Positions 11,655-24,592 of a DNA stretch of 64,000 nt are shown here, piece after piece. Position 1 is the stretch's first letter. The number at the start of each line of letters is the position of its first letter. The notes below the pieces were generated by a model. It saw nothing but the letters and a program-made list of their open reading frames with translations. It was not told the DNA's origin and ran no database searches. A program made the position numbers and the translations under genes. The stretch is from Tubiluchus corallicola (Eukaryota; Animalia; Priapulida), in contig JAQGDQ010000494.1 in the NCBI GenBank assembly GCA_030141605.1, positions 1 through 64,000 of the forward strand. The letters run 5' to 3'.

Positions 11655-12238
11655 GTCATTCCATCTATTGTAGGCATTGAGGTATCAACATTTAACAAAG
11701 CATTCCACACACTTTTATCTGCAGCTAACAGCGTAAGTTCTTCTACTCCTAGAGATAGATTTGGTTGAAATTGTTGAACATCTTTATTTATCTTAGCTAT
11801 CCAAGTTGTTTTTGGCTTGCCAGGTGGTTTTTTGCAAGGTTTTAAGACTTCCTTTAAGGCGATTCTTACTGGTGATTCATTTGGTAATCTTAGAAGATGT
11901 CCTAGCCATCTTAATCATTGGATTTTGTGTTTTGAACTCCAAGAAATTTCTTTCGTTCTGCTGTATAAATCATCATTTTTAATTATATTTGGGCATCTTG
12001 TCTTTAAAACTTTCCTAAGAAGACTTCTACGAAATGTGTCAATCTGCCTTTCTTGAATAATCGCTAAACGCCATGTTTCACTGCTGTACATAAGTATGCT
12101 GGTTTCGTAAGCATTAAATAATCGAAGTCTTACGTTAAGACCTAATTTCTTGATAGTTAATACATTCTTGTGTTGAAGAAACGCATGCATTGCTTGTTGC
12201 TTTCTACTTTTAATATCATCTTCGGTGCTTAGAAACGG
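11655..12238 (-). mobile_element. RTE-clade LINE 3' remnant
   Basis: RLRLFNAYETSILMYSSETW..DTFRRSLLRKVL..IKNDDLY, followed by WLGHLLRL..P..GKPKTTW: RT thumb and C-terminal motifs. Confidence 0.8.
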
Positions 12239-13619
12239 GTGACTTAAATTACTAAATTTAAATTGTTGTTTTTTTATTGAAATTGAAATTGAAGTTGATT
12301 TTTTCTGTAATTTACAAATGTACAGTAACCACTTCCAGTCTACAGTAGGAAAGGGTGCAATAGTTGAATAGCATACAGGTAAGTAAGGCCTAATTTCTTG
12401 TAATGAGTGAAAAGGGTGGGGATAGTAAGCCGATCAAAAGGTCATCAAAGCAACCATCATTTTAATGTGTTAAAATAGTAAATGATGACAGGCGGCACTA
12501 ATGAGCAATGAGGTATAGACAATAAATTAATTTAACCAGCTTGATTTCCTAAATCAGTAGTTTCTAAACAAAAACTGAGGTAATTAACATATAATTTTAT
12601 GTATATTTGCAGCTAAATTGTTAAATGAATGTTTGATTTAACAATATTTTAATTTATACAATGACACAAAAAAAGCACTAAGTATATCTTAAGCAATGAT
12701 ATGCGATCCTTGGGAATCTTCTGTAAATTATAAAAACACAAACAAAATATAAATGACAATATTCATGAGTTTAATGTTGTGTGGTAATTATTTATAAAAA
12801 ATCAGAGTTTAGAAGGAACTGCTTTTAGAATCTAATTTTATATCACTTTATTTTGTCTGCCATCTTGGTATTTCCAATCTCGACAAGACTAGGAACCGTG
12901 TTCAGTTCATGGAATTTTCTAGATGCACAAGTTAGTTGTGACAATTTCGACAAAAATGGAAGATCCTTTCAAGGAGTGGCAACGTGGATTTCCAAGATGA
13001 CAAACAACCCAGAACGAACCACAATAATTTTTTTTACTTCAGATTCTGTCAGAATATCATTTCAAGATCCTTTCACTAAGTGACAACACATTGAGGGCAC
13101 AAAAACCAATCAAGTAACGCCCAGAGGTTCATTCAACTTTTCTAGACGTGAATTTCCAAGATGGCAAACAACCCAGAACGAACTACAATAAAATTTTTCA
13201 CTTCAGATTCTGTTTGACTATGGCTTCATGTACCCTCGACAAAAACAGGCCAAAATCGGGTTTGGCACTTTTGAAATAGATGTATAAATCCAAGATGGCG
13301 CCTACCGGGGCCACAAAAAATCTGTTACATTTCCTAAACCATCAGGCCAAGGTGAAAAGTATGAAGATAGGAAGTATGCTAATCCCGGGTCTCGTGTTCA
13401 AATCCCGACTGGTCCTGAAATTTTCAGCGTCTCCTTTCTTTCAACGTATTATTCCCATGGATAATAGTTATTATGAAATAAATGTTTAATAGTTTACGAA
13501 TGGTCTGGCATTCACGGTCATAATCGTTAATTGCCAGCTATTTTGAAAAAAAATTCCCCTTGTTTATTTTGTGTTTACCTTGTTAATGATATTTAATAAT
13601 CGAAAGTCTCTAATTTCAG

Positions 13620-14005
13620 GTACCATGTATCAAAGCAGCATTAATAACTTCTGCAGTCTTGAAGGCAATGTCTTCACCTGGGATCCCACTTTTGAAAACA
13701 TGACCCTCTACAGTATCATCAAAGAAAGGCAATGGCTACCGAACACGTGTCCAGATGGGACAGTCGATGCAGCAATGCTAATGGGAACGAGCACCGGATC
13801 GTACCGGCCAGTGGAAGCACCGGTCGTGGAGACGCAAAATGTCACATTCTGTTATGCAACTCTGTCGGAGGAGCAGTTGGATTTTCTGTTGTACTTCGTG
13901 CGCAACACAGCAGCACTGATGTTGAAGATCAGCAACAAGTTTTACGAGCTGCAACAGCACGTGAATAGATGGTTTCCCATATTTAAACTGAGTCTCGTCC
14001 ACTAA
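13620..14005 (+). CDS. Pentraxin-domain protein, probable last exon (TMYQSSINNFCSLEGNVFTWD...RWFPIFKLSLVH*)
   Basis: tttcag acceptor in phase 1; C..GNVFxW closes the pentraxin fold; stop TAA at 14003-14005; AATAAA at 15666. Confidence 0.82.
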
Positions 14006-15580
14006 TTGTACGCCAATATTTAAACTGACTCTCATCCACTAATTGTATACCAATATTTAAACTGAGTCCCATCCACTAATTGTATACCAATATTTAAACT
14101 GAGTCTCATCCACTAATTGTACACCAATATTTAAACTGAGTCTCGTCCACTAATTGTACACCAATATTTAAACTGAGTCTCGTCCACTAATTGTACACCA
14201 ATATTTAAACTGAGTCTCATCCACTAATTGTACACCAATATTTAAACTGAGTCTCGTCCACTAATTGTACAACAACATTTAAACTGAGTCTCATCCAGTA
14301 ATTGCACACCAATATTTAAACTGAGTCTCATCAACTAATTGTACACCAACATTTAAACTGAGTCTCATCCACTAATTGTACACCAATATTTAAACTGAGT
14401 CTCGTCCACTAATTGTACACCAATATTTAAACTGAGTCTCATCCACTAATTGTACACCAATATTTAAGCCGAGTCTCGTCAACTAATTGTACAACAACAT
14501 TTAAACTGAGTCCCATCCAGTAATTGCACACCAATATTTAAACTGAGTCTCATCAACTAATTGTACACCAACATTTAAACTGAGTCTCAACCAGTAATTG
14601 TACACCAATGTTTAAACTGAGTCTCGTCCACTAATTGTACACCAATATTTAAACTGAGTCTCATCCACTAATTGTACAACAACATTTAAACTGAGTCTCA
14701 TCCACTAATTGTATACCAATATTTAAACTGAGTCTCATCCACTAATTGTATACCAATATTTAAACTGAGTCTCATCCACTAATTGTATACCAACATTTAA
14801 ACTGAGTCTCATCCACTAATTGTACACCAATATTTAAACTGAGTCTCGTCAACTAATTGTACGCCAATATTTAAACTGAGTCTCGTCCACTAATTGTACA
14901 CCAATATGTAAACTGAGTCTCGTCCACTAATTGTACACCAATATGTAAACTGAGTCTCATCCACTAATTGTACATCAATATGTAAACTGAGTCTCGTCCA
15001 CTAATTGTACACCAATATGTAAACTGAGTCTCGTCCACTAATTGTGCACCAATATGTAAACTGAGTCTCATCCACTAATTGTACGCCAATATTTAAACTG
15101 AGTCTCGTCCACTAATTGTACACCAATATGTAAACTGAGTCTCGTTCACTAATTGTACACCAACATTTAAACTGAGTCTCATGCACTAATTGTATACCAA
15201 TATTTAAACTGAGTCTCATCCACTAATTGTATACCAATATTTAAACTGAGTCTCATCCACTAATTGTATACCAACATTTAAACTGAGTCTCATCCACTAA
15301 TTGTACACCAATATTTAAACTGAGTCTCATCCACTAATTGTACACCAACATTTAAACTGAGTCTCGTCCACTAATTGTATACCAACATTTAAACTGAGTC
15401 TCATCCACAAATTCTACGCCAATATTTAAACTGAGTCTCATCCACTAATTGCACACCAATATTTAAACTGAGTCTCATCCACTAATTGTATACCAATATT
15501 TAAACTGAGTCTCATCCACTAATTGTATACCAATATTTAAACTGACTCTCATCCACTAATTGTACACTAATATTTAAACA
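13979..15580 (+). repeat. 37-bp minisatellite, 43 copies; first unit encodes the final codons and stop of the pentraxin gene
   Basis: atttaaactgagtctc(a/g)tccactaattgtacaccaat at an exact 37-bp period from 13981 to 15572. Confidence 0.97.
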
Positions 15581-16565
15581 GTGTATTGTCTTTTAACGCA
15601 AAAGTCAAATCTCCGGGAAGTTGAGCTTATTGTAATATTTGAGAAAAATGTTAGAAAGTTTCAGCAATAAAATTATAATAAGCGCCTCATGTGATTAGCA
15701 AAATCAATTTTAAGTGGCCGTCACTTTAAACTTGGGCATGATCATTTTAAACGAAAAATGGCGTCATCTTTTTACCGTGCAATATAAACAGTTATTCTGC
15801 CAGGTGCTGCAGCAATCTTTTTTTTACTTATAGAGCGAAATCTATAAACTAGGTAACCCACCTGGTACCTACTGTATGCTCGCAAGTTTACATGTGTATG
15901 TGAAAGTCAAAAGTCTGTAAATTAATTACATTACGCAATCAGGGTATACTACTTGGACATTTTGCGGTGTAATCCTGTGGGTTAAAGCTATGCAACCACT
16001 ATCTTGGTCATAATTGTTCAAATGACTAATTTTTACATAAACACAGTTAAATACAACGCTAGAATAACTGAACTTCTGAGTGAACTGTAGAAATTTCTCA
16101 ACTCGTACCTTCATTACAGCTTGCCTTCACAGCATTCACGCTGCCCTGCTGTCACCAGCTTACGTCATTTTTTTTCAAATATGCCGGCAGAAACGTTCTA
16201 TTGGCAGGAGATAAAAAATATTTAAATTTTTTTTACATTTTTAAGCAAAGCATTCTATGCACATATCTTGAGTGTGATTTCAATATTTTTAATTGTATAT
16301 TAAAATGTAATAAGTGTTGTTCGAGGGTTGGTTCTTCCTTTAGCAACATCAGTGCAGCACAATACAGTCCTTGATAACAACTTTTGCGCCTTTAAGCTGT
16401 AGTCCGTAAGTGTAGAAATGTTTCCGTTCCGTTTCCATTTTTCCTATGGTATCGGAATCCTGAAAGCGAGCACAAAAATACCTGTAGAGTTGCAAGAAGA
16501 TTTACAAAATTTATAAAGTTAAGTAGGCTAGTTCTCTTTCTAGCAACGCATGCAATGTTTCAATA

Positions 16566-17170
16566 CAGTGGCGGCTCGTAGCTAAAATTAGTGGGGGCGC
16601 TGCTGCTTCAGAAACTTTTTAGCCATTGTTTTAATACTGTGTAAAACGTAACAAGCTTATGCAATTTTAATGTTGTAATTATATTTGAAATCAGGTGTTG
16701 ATCAACCTCTTTTCTTAACTGCAACTTTTTCATGGAAAGACAAACTGTGTTGAAAAATTAAGCTGTTGTAATTCACTTACAGTCACATAACTTATTTCTT
16801 GGGGATGTAAGGCGTCCATTATTAAATAATTTATGTTTTAAGCACATACGCGACGCTAAGCTTACACTTTATCATATCCAAGAATATGATGGTACACGGT
16901 AAGCACGTGGCAATTGATACTGTGTTAGAGACAGTACTTTCCTACCTAGCAACAGATGCTAGCGTATAACGCTAGCGTACAGCATGCGCACAACAGCCAA
17001 ATGCAACGTTGCTTGGGCTGTGACGCAAATTGTACTTCGTGTTCCGGTTCCGTACAAGTATAAAGAAAGAATTAAAGAAAGAAGACTTATTATATTGAAT
17101 ATTATCGATAATATTAAGTGAGAATAGGGGTGCTGCAGTACCACAGTACCTATACATGGGCTGCCACTGA
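16566..17170. mobile_element. TIR DNA transposon remnant (cagtggcggctc...gggctgccactg); partial second copy at about 25440-25757
   Basis: Imperfect TIRs and shared internal sequence (gtacaagtataaagaaagaa...); TSD not clean. Confidence 0.6.
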
Positions 17171-18139
17171 TTTCAAAGCAATAATTTATAAGTTGGATCA
17201 AGAAGCAGCGCTTGACCGAAAGACTTAGATAAGTTAGAAAAATAAATGCAAAGCCTTATGGGTAAAGTGATCATGACGTCACTGACCAACAATCCGTAAA
17301 TGCTGTCAAGATGTTTGTTTGTTAAAATACTAAATAATATATATTAAATTATGTTAATGTTATTCCATTTTAGGTGTTCATATTCATGGTTCATATGGTA
17401 TATGGGCTAAAATTGTTATTTAATGTGGAAATAAAATGTTATATAATAAAAAGTACTATTCTTGAGTTTTTTTTTGCAAAATATAACTGTTTTTACGGAA
17501 ATGGTTTTAATTTTCTCGTGTTGCTGAGTTGGTGAATATATTGTAGCGAAGTCTGTCAAGAGGTCCAGGGTTCAATTCCGGATCATTCAAACCATGTTGC
17601 AGGTAAAAAAATCAACCCAGAAATATAAAGTTAAATCGGAAATTGAAGTGCGGACTTGCCAGAATCATTTCATGAGATCCTCGTCGTTGAACGCGATTAC
17701 GGAACAGGTCCTTAGGTGTACCAATACCGAAACGACAGTGCTAAACTATGCCAGCTACTTATACCTGCTATGCAGTGCTGATATGCAATGGCTTCGTAAT
17801 GGATCGAACCATCACAGGGTAGGTGGGGGGAGGGGGTTTGGAAATAAATGGTGTTTCTCCCACGTAACAATATCATTATTTTTAGAGAAACTTTATTGTT
17901 GGATTGCGTTATCTGGTACACTTAGCCTTCGACCTTTTTTTAAGATGATTATCAACTGCTAGAAATGTGAAAAGGTTTATTATGCAACTTACTATCTGTA
18001 CAATTCAACCAAATTGCAGGTTTTTTTACTTTCATGGATCATAATTATCAATTGTACGGAATGATGGAAGAAATGAAACTGTCAAAGATACTGATGCTAC
18101 TGAACACATTTCGCTAAGCTCTAAAAAAGCTAATAGAGC

Positions 18140-19150
18140 TAAAATTTATCTCGATAATCATGCTGAGCATTTAGGAAAACAAAGTTTGCAGGAATTCTCC
18201 TGTGATTACTACCAGATGGCGCTCCTTGAAAAACTTTAAAATTTATCTCGATAATCATGCTGTGCATTTAGGAATTTAACTTAAACAAAGTTTGCAGGAA
18301 TTCTCCTGTGATTACTACCAGATGGCGCTCCTTGAAAAACTTTAAAATTTATCTCGATAATCATGCTGTACATTTAGGAAAACAGTTTGCAGGAATTCTC
18401 CTGCGATTACTACCAGATGGCGCTCCTTGAAAAACTTTAAAATTTATCTTGATAATCATGCTGTGCATTTAGGAAAACAGTTTGCAGGAATTCTCCTGCG
18501 ATTACTACCAGATGGCGTTCCTTGAAAAACTTTAAAATTTATCTCGATAATCATGTTGTGCATTTAGGAAAACAGTTTGCAGGAATTCTCCTGCGATTAC
18601 TACCAGATGGCGTTCCTTGAAAAACTTTAAAATTTATCTCGATAATCATGCTGTGCATTTAGGAAAACAAAGTTTGCAGGAATTCTCCTGTGATTACTAC
18701 CAGATGGCGCTACTTGAAAAACTTTAAAATTTATCTCGATAATCGTGCTGTGCATTTAGGAATTTCACTTAAACAAAGTTTGCAGGAATTCTCCTGCAAT
18801 TACTACCAGATGGTGCTCCTTGAAAAACTTTAAAGCTTGTCTCGATAATCATGCTGTGCATTTAAGAATTTAACTTAAACAAAGTTTGCAGGAATTCTCC
18901 TGCGATTACTACCAGATGGCGCTCCTTGAAAAACTTTAAAATTTATCTTGATAATCATGCTGTGCATTTAGGAATTTAACTTAAACAAAGTTTGCAGGAA
19001 TTCTCCTGCGATTACTACCAGATGGCGCTCCTTGAAAAACTTTAAAATTTATCTTGATAATCATGCTGTGCATTTAGGAATTTAACTTAAACAAAGTTTG
19101 CAGGAATTCTCCTGCAATTACTACCAGATGGCACTCCTTGAAAAACTTTG
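18140..19150. repeat. 95-106-bp tandem repeat, 10 copies, each carrying a CTCF-like motif
   Basis: ctaccagatggc(g)ctc-type motif at 18212, 18318, 18413, 18508, 18603, 18700, 18806, 18912, 19018, 19124. Confidence 0.95.
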
Positions 19151-19263
19151 AAAGAGGATAAATTCACTGTTTGTTCTATTAGGGGAAAAACTGCTGAAAA
19201 ATGACAAGGCGGGGGAACAAGTTAAAACCAAAAAGCAACAACATTGTATAAACAACTCAGAAT

Positions 19264-19269
19264 TTTATT
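19264..19269 (-). promoter_or_regulatory. Candidate polyadenylation signal of the Tudor gene
   Basis: AATAAA on the - strand about 1 kb after the predicted stop. Confidence 0.4.
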
Positions 19270-19315
19270 TGAACCAGAACATTTTTTATACAATCTATTA
19301 TACACACAAATGCTT

Positions 19316-19508
19316 GGTAACCAACCGAATTCTTGCCCCTGCTCAGCATACACAGGTCCGGTAACTAACCGAATTCTTGCCTTTGCTCAGCATACATGGA
19401 TCCGGTAACCAACCAAATTCTCGCCTTTTCTCAGCAAACATGGGTCCGGTAACTAACCGAATTCTTGCCTTTGCTCAGCATACATGGGTCCGGTAACTAA
19501 CCAAATTC
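19316..19508. repeat. 44-bp tandem repeat, ~4.4 copies (predicted Tudor 3' UTR)
   Basis: ggtaactaaccgaattcttgcctttgctcagcatacatgggtcc repeated. Confidence 0.9.
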
Positions 19509-20269
19509 GCACCATCGCGTGGCAAGGTTTGTCTCCAGCTGCTGAACGTTCGCAGTGTAAAATAAACGGCGGGATTTTCCAAGAGAAATACTTGATAAAT
19601 ACAACATAAAGGTTAATGCACACTTACAGCTTTTTACATGGTTACGCTTATACAAGAACACAAGAAAAGGGTAGAAAAGCACTAAGAAATGCATGTGTTT
19701 ACCAAATGCTTATATTTTCACCACAGAAGCCCTGGGTTTTTTTCGCAGAAAGTAAATGTTCACTTTTTGGTAGATAAGCAAGTTAAATTTGTGCAATACG
19801 AAGGCTGTGCGGACAGACAGCACTGACTTGCAAAGTGCACGTGCAATTGCTTGCAAGGTAAACCAAGCGCAGGTAAACAAATGCACTTGGGAAAATAAAT
19901 GAACACTTTGTTCAGGTGGAAAAAAATTCAAATTTTACATCTCAATAAATTTATAAATGCCAGGAAAAGGACTAGGTATTTTGAACGTTATATCACATTG
20001 TACATAAAAAACTAGGACAAAGCAGGAAGAACGTCGAAAAGAACGATAACAGAACTAGATAGTGGTGGAAAACCTCAGCCAGTGGTGCAGTAGCTCAAAA
20101 AATCAAAACAGTCTTATCGTACAAAACTTACACAATACATGCTACAAGTGACTTCTAAACTGAACAAGAAGTGAACTTAGTAAGGCCATTTTCCACCCTC
20201 ATCTCTCTCCCAGTTCTTCTGGTGCATCATCGCCATTGTGAAAAAAAATGCAAAAATTTAATTACGTTT

Positions 20270-20307
20270 CTAATCCTGCGAAACGGAAACGGCGGAGATA
20301 CGAATGC
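20270..20307 (-). CDS. Tudor protein, probable last coding exon (GIRISAVSVSQD*)
   Basis: gtgttttatag acceptor in phase 1, then TAG; alternative acceptors are possible. Confidence 0.5.
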
Positions 20308-20519
20308 CTATAAAACACGGCAACGGTTTTTCTCTTTAACATAAATTCAGTACTTGATAACACAGGACAGCATATTATAAAAACCAAGCCGTCGTCACAT
20401 GGCCGGCATGATAAAGCCAACAAGTTCACTCTAAATGTTGAACTTATGAACGTTCTTCCGATGCATCAGTTACTGGCAAATTCGCTACTGCCTTGTTCGG
20501 TACCTAGAAAAAAACAATG

Positions 20520-20770
20520 CACTTGTGAACATAAACAAGAAACGTGAGAAGATGAACAAGAGCATGTGAACACGAACAAAAATTTGTGAATCTGAACAAA
20601 GACTTGTGGACATGAACAAGAATTTGTGAACACGAACAAACAGTAACTTCTGAACACGAATAAGAACTTTTGAACATGGACAAGAACTTGTGAACATGAA
20701 AAAGGAACATGTGAACATGAACAAGAACTTACGAATACGAAAAAGAACTTGTGAACATAAACAAGAACTT
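20520..20770. repeat. Degenerate ~20-bp tandem repeat (tgtgaacatgaacaagaact)
   Basis: Directly visible periodicity. Confidence 0.8.
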
Positions 20771-20867
20771 GCAAATGTGTGTGAAGGTGCTGAGAATGAC
20801 AAGTCTGTTAACAATGAACTGCTTCGCTTTTCAACAGTGTCACTATTACATGTAGCACAATTTAATC

Positions 20868-21325
20868 AATTATGGCACAATTTTCTACACATCAATTATG
20901 GCACAATTTTCTACACATCAATTATGGCAGAATTTGCTACACATCAATCATGGCACAATTTCCTACACATCAATATGGTGCAATTTCCTACACATGAATT
21001 ATGGCACAATTTTCTCCACATCAATTATGGCACAATTTCCTACACATCAATTACGGCACAATTTCCTACACATCAATTACGGCACAATTTCCTACACATC
21101 AATTACGGCAGAATTTCCTACACATCAATTATGTCACAATTTCCTACACATCAATTATGGCACAATTTTCTACACATCAATTATGGCACAATTTCCTACA
21201 CATCAATTATGGCAGAATTTCCTACACATCAGTTATGTCACAATTTCCTACACATCAATTATGTCACAATTTGCTACACATCAATTATGACACGATCCCT
21301 TACACATCAATTATGTCACAATTTC
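20868..21325. repeat. 26-bp minisatellite, ~17 copies
   Basis: attatggcacaatttcctacacatca repeated. Confidence 0.95.
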
Positions 21326-21589
21326 GTACAGACCAATTACCCATGGGGCAATGTTTTAATTTGGATGAATGTTCAAATTCAATGCGAACAAATTTTTTTA
21401 ATTCAAATTCAATTAAAATTATAGGCTTGCAACTTCGCAACTACTACATACATTCTTTATCATTAAAAGGTTTGAAACATCATGAGCACAATTTAGCTGT
21501 AATTTCTCTGCGCAATTTTCAAATAAATGATTAGTGTTTTTACTGCAGAATCAAGCAATGTGCATTATCTTTGTGAGAAACTGCCTTTT

Positions 21590-22214
21590 TTGAAGCAAAA
21601 CGGGACCCAACCTTAAAAGTGTAGGTCAAAACAATCTACTGTTTAAAATATTGAAAGGAAATATACTATTTTTTCATAAATGACTTACGAGAAAGAACTA
21701 CTAGCACACAAATATGATTTAGAGTTCACGCCACTAGTTGTTCGCTGTTACATGCATTTTGCCATTCACTAGTTAGAAATGCATTGAACAAAAAACAGGT
21801 ACTGTGCCTCTCAGTTCAGATGTTTTAGTTTGTGACAAACTGCACACTATACACATTCTACAGCTTGTGCGTGCACACAGCGATAAATTTGAAATTTGAA
21901 TGTTTATCTTAAAAATTGCCTAGTTTTAATACAACACACTGAATATCTTACAGTAGCACTGAACTTCAATTTTCGCTTTCGTAAACACATGCAACACGCT
22001 TAGGGAATATTTTTGCTGTTGAAAATGATGGTAATTTGTGATGTCATCACTAGTAGGCCTCGCCCGCCGTTATTTAAGTTTTTAATCTATTATTTAATTA
22101 TCAGAAACTTTTTTGCAGTATTAACTGTGTTAAAATGTTCACTTTTTAACGGACTTGAAAATGGGATAGTATATGAAAAATCATCCTGTCTTCGTTATCA
22201 TTATCTTCCTTTAA
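21590..22214 (-). mobile_element. Kolobok-like element, family A
   Basis: Reverse-complement homology to 40603-41228; ends cctttaa. Confidence 0.7.
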
Positions 22215-22483
22215 TGATTCAAAAATTTAATCTAAAATCTTTTAAACTGAACCCGAATGCAATTTGGATTCGAAATCTTGAAATTTGGTTTGATTCTAGT
22301 TTGAAAATTAAAAATTTCATTCGATTCGAATTTCCTTTCCGGTTGAGAATAGCTCACCGTTAGCAAGCGCAGCTCAAAACACGCCAAGCGAAGCCAAAAA
22401 GAAAGTCAAATTTTTTTTACTAATTCCAGACAATGCAGAAAACCTAGTTGTTCAACTTTAGTAGCACGAACGAATCCACTTAC

Positions 22484-22613
22484 CATTGACGGAGCCGACA
22501 ACGTGTTCCTGAGCGTAACCGCTCTTTACAAGTTCCTCTGCTACGTCCGCGTCGGTTTCCGCATCCACAAGCGACACTTCGTACTGATGCAAGCCAGCTT
22601 TCGTGTCGGAAAT
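22484..22613 (-). CDS. Tudor protein exon 14 (ISDTKAGLHQYEVSLVD...VAEELVKSGYA...N)
   Basis: ctcag acceptor and g|gtaagt donor; SN-like end motif V.EELVK.GYA. Confidence 0.88.
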
Positions 22614-24098
22614 CTGAGATAAGCAAAAACAATTTACTTAGTAACGACAAAGACTGACACGTCTGCATAAAATTACCATCAAAATACGTTGTTACTAGCA
22701 ACAAGTAAAATAAACAAAAACTTGTTAGCATGTACTTCTATGCAGGTACACTCATATCTCGGTTTGCCGGACAAAAGTGGGGAGACGTCGGTCAAAATTT
22801 GTCCATATTTACCGATGCTAAGCAAATATAGTAGGCGCCGTGTATTAGACTCACGGTAATGTAGAATCAATTGCCTAATTGTCTCAAAAATGTTTAGTAC
22901 GGGCCGCTTCGATGCAAAAGTATATACAAACTGTTGGCAATTCACCCAAATAACTCTGCATAATTGACTCTATGTTTTTACTCTATAACTGATTCTGATT
23001 AAACCAGTAAACATGCTGACATACAAGCTACACACGTGTCGTAACACGCTGCTTGGTTACACTGACGTAATGATGTAAACAAAGTGACGGCCTGCCAACT
23101 AGCGGTCAGCTCGTGAAGCAACCGACGGTGTCCGTAAGTATGGGGGACTGTATTTTGTCCTGTATTTATAATAACTGTATAGAAAAGTATATAACCTCCC
23201 AGTATTATAGAAACCTTTGGCAATTGACTCAAATAACACCGCATAAGTGACTTTATATTACTGACTCTACAACTGACTCTGATTAAACCACTTAAATATG
23301 GTGACATACAAGCTACACATGTCTTGGTTACACTGACATAATGATGTAAACAAAGTGACGGTCCGCCAACTACCGGTCAGCATGGACTGTGTCAGTAGGT
23401 ATGCGGACTTTTTAATGGTCCAGATTTTGTCCGAATCTTCCGGGTCCGACAAACCAAAATTTTGAGTGTAGTCTGGTTTATTGCATTTTTAAATTATATG
23501 ACATTGTAAACAAAAGCTAGAAACAGAATGCATATCTAAACAATGTTTTTACTAAATGCATGATTTATTTTGCAACAAAATTTCGTCTATTCCAAATTTA
23601 AATTTTGAACGTTTAAATATTTGTGTGGCTTTTAAAACTAGCATACATGCTAAACGACTACACTGCACCAGCTCAATGGTAACAAAAATGAAATTTGTCT
23701 TAAACAGATAATTATAGATCGATTTATAGATAGACAGGCAGACACATAGGTCGATAGACATACAGATAGGTGGACTTACTATCAGAAACCCTCTATAAAC
23801 CATTATGGCATTATAATGAGACACATTAGACATTTTGTTTTGCTAAAAATTTGTGCATTAAGCAAGGTTGGTATTATTTGGTATTAAGAGCATTAAGTGG
23901 CATTATAGGGAGGGCAAGGGGAGGGGGGGGTTACAACAAGGTTTAAAATGCTTTAAAAAGCATTAGTCTACAACACCCTTTACTATATGCCAACAGATGG
24001 CAACACAAACTGTGCATGCCATTAGAGCAGTAAAGTGTAAATAACATCACTACTGCCACCTATTAAATTTAATAAGAGCAAAATCCAATTAGACGCAC

Positions 24099-24215
24099 CC
24101 TCTGAATAGTTGCCCTGAGTAATTTTCCCTGCACTAGTTCTTCAAACCGGTGTTGAAGTTTCTCTTCCTGATCGCCAGGCGGCGCAGTAATACCAGCTAA
24201 ACTACACTGGAAAGC
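24099..24215 (-). CDS. Tudor protein exon 13 (AFQCSLAGI...RFEELVQGKLLRATIQR)
   Basis: atgcag acceptor and agg|gtgcgt donor, phase 0/0; QA..CSL motif. Confidence 0.88.
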
Positions 24216-24592
24216 CTGCATGGAATAAAAGACATCAAAATCAGTAGTGAAAATAACTTTTTACCTTGGTGGGTGGATCATGGGGTGAGCGGGGATAGTT
24301 TCAGTTATTTTTTGTAAAGTACTAAGTCCTTCGTATGTGCTTATTAGTAATACTACAGCGTTCCCTTTTCCAAGCAGGGTTACCGTAGCAGCATCTTCTC
24401 TGCAGCATCGTCTCCTCTTTATACAAAGAGGTGTCTCCTTTTCCCATTGCTACTTTTAAAAATAAACCAAACACATTTCTTTTTGAACAAATATAACGCA
24501 TTTTAGTAAAACATTAATGTAATCATGAATAAAACCAAACTCTTTCTTCTAACTTCCTATATATTTCTAATGAATAGTTCCTATGATTTCTG

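Larger units (their letters stand above)
2188..14005 (+). other. Pentraxin-domain protein gene, 3' part (5 exons: 2188-2384, 5910-6049, 8905-9014, 11453-11638, 13620-14005)
   Basis: Exons join in phase and give pentraxin motifs FP..DY..VTVCQWLK..LFSY..DNE..WHYIC..ILGQDQ..GF..SQSFVGMMTNVVIFD..L...EI..C..GNVFTW. The first exon shown starts in phase 1, so upstream exons lie outside the window. Confidence 0.88.

Noticed and set aside
13979-15580. CRISPR-like array (37-bp repeats)
   Set aside because: Units are head-to-tail with no unique spacers, there are no cas genes, and the context is eukaryotic; it is a minisatellite.
17515-17592. tRNA gene (A-box-like tgctgagttggt, B-box ggttcaattcc)
   Set aside because: No cloverleaf can be formed; at most a decayed tRNA-derived repeat head. 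Same for the lone B-box near 35010.
20199-20236. Alternative Tudor terminal exon DGDDAPEELGER*
   Set aside because: It is preceded by a T tract but has no AG acceptor (tttcaca|at); the acceptor at 20308 fits better.
20466-21534. Several 100-244-aa ORFs
   Set aside because: They arise from 20-bp and 26-bp tandem repeats in the last Tudor intron.
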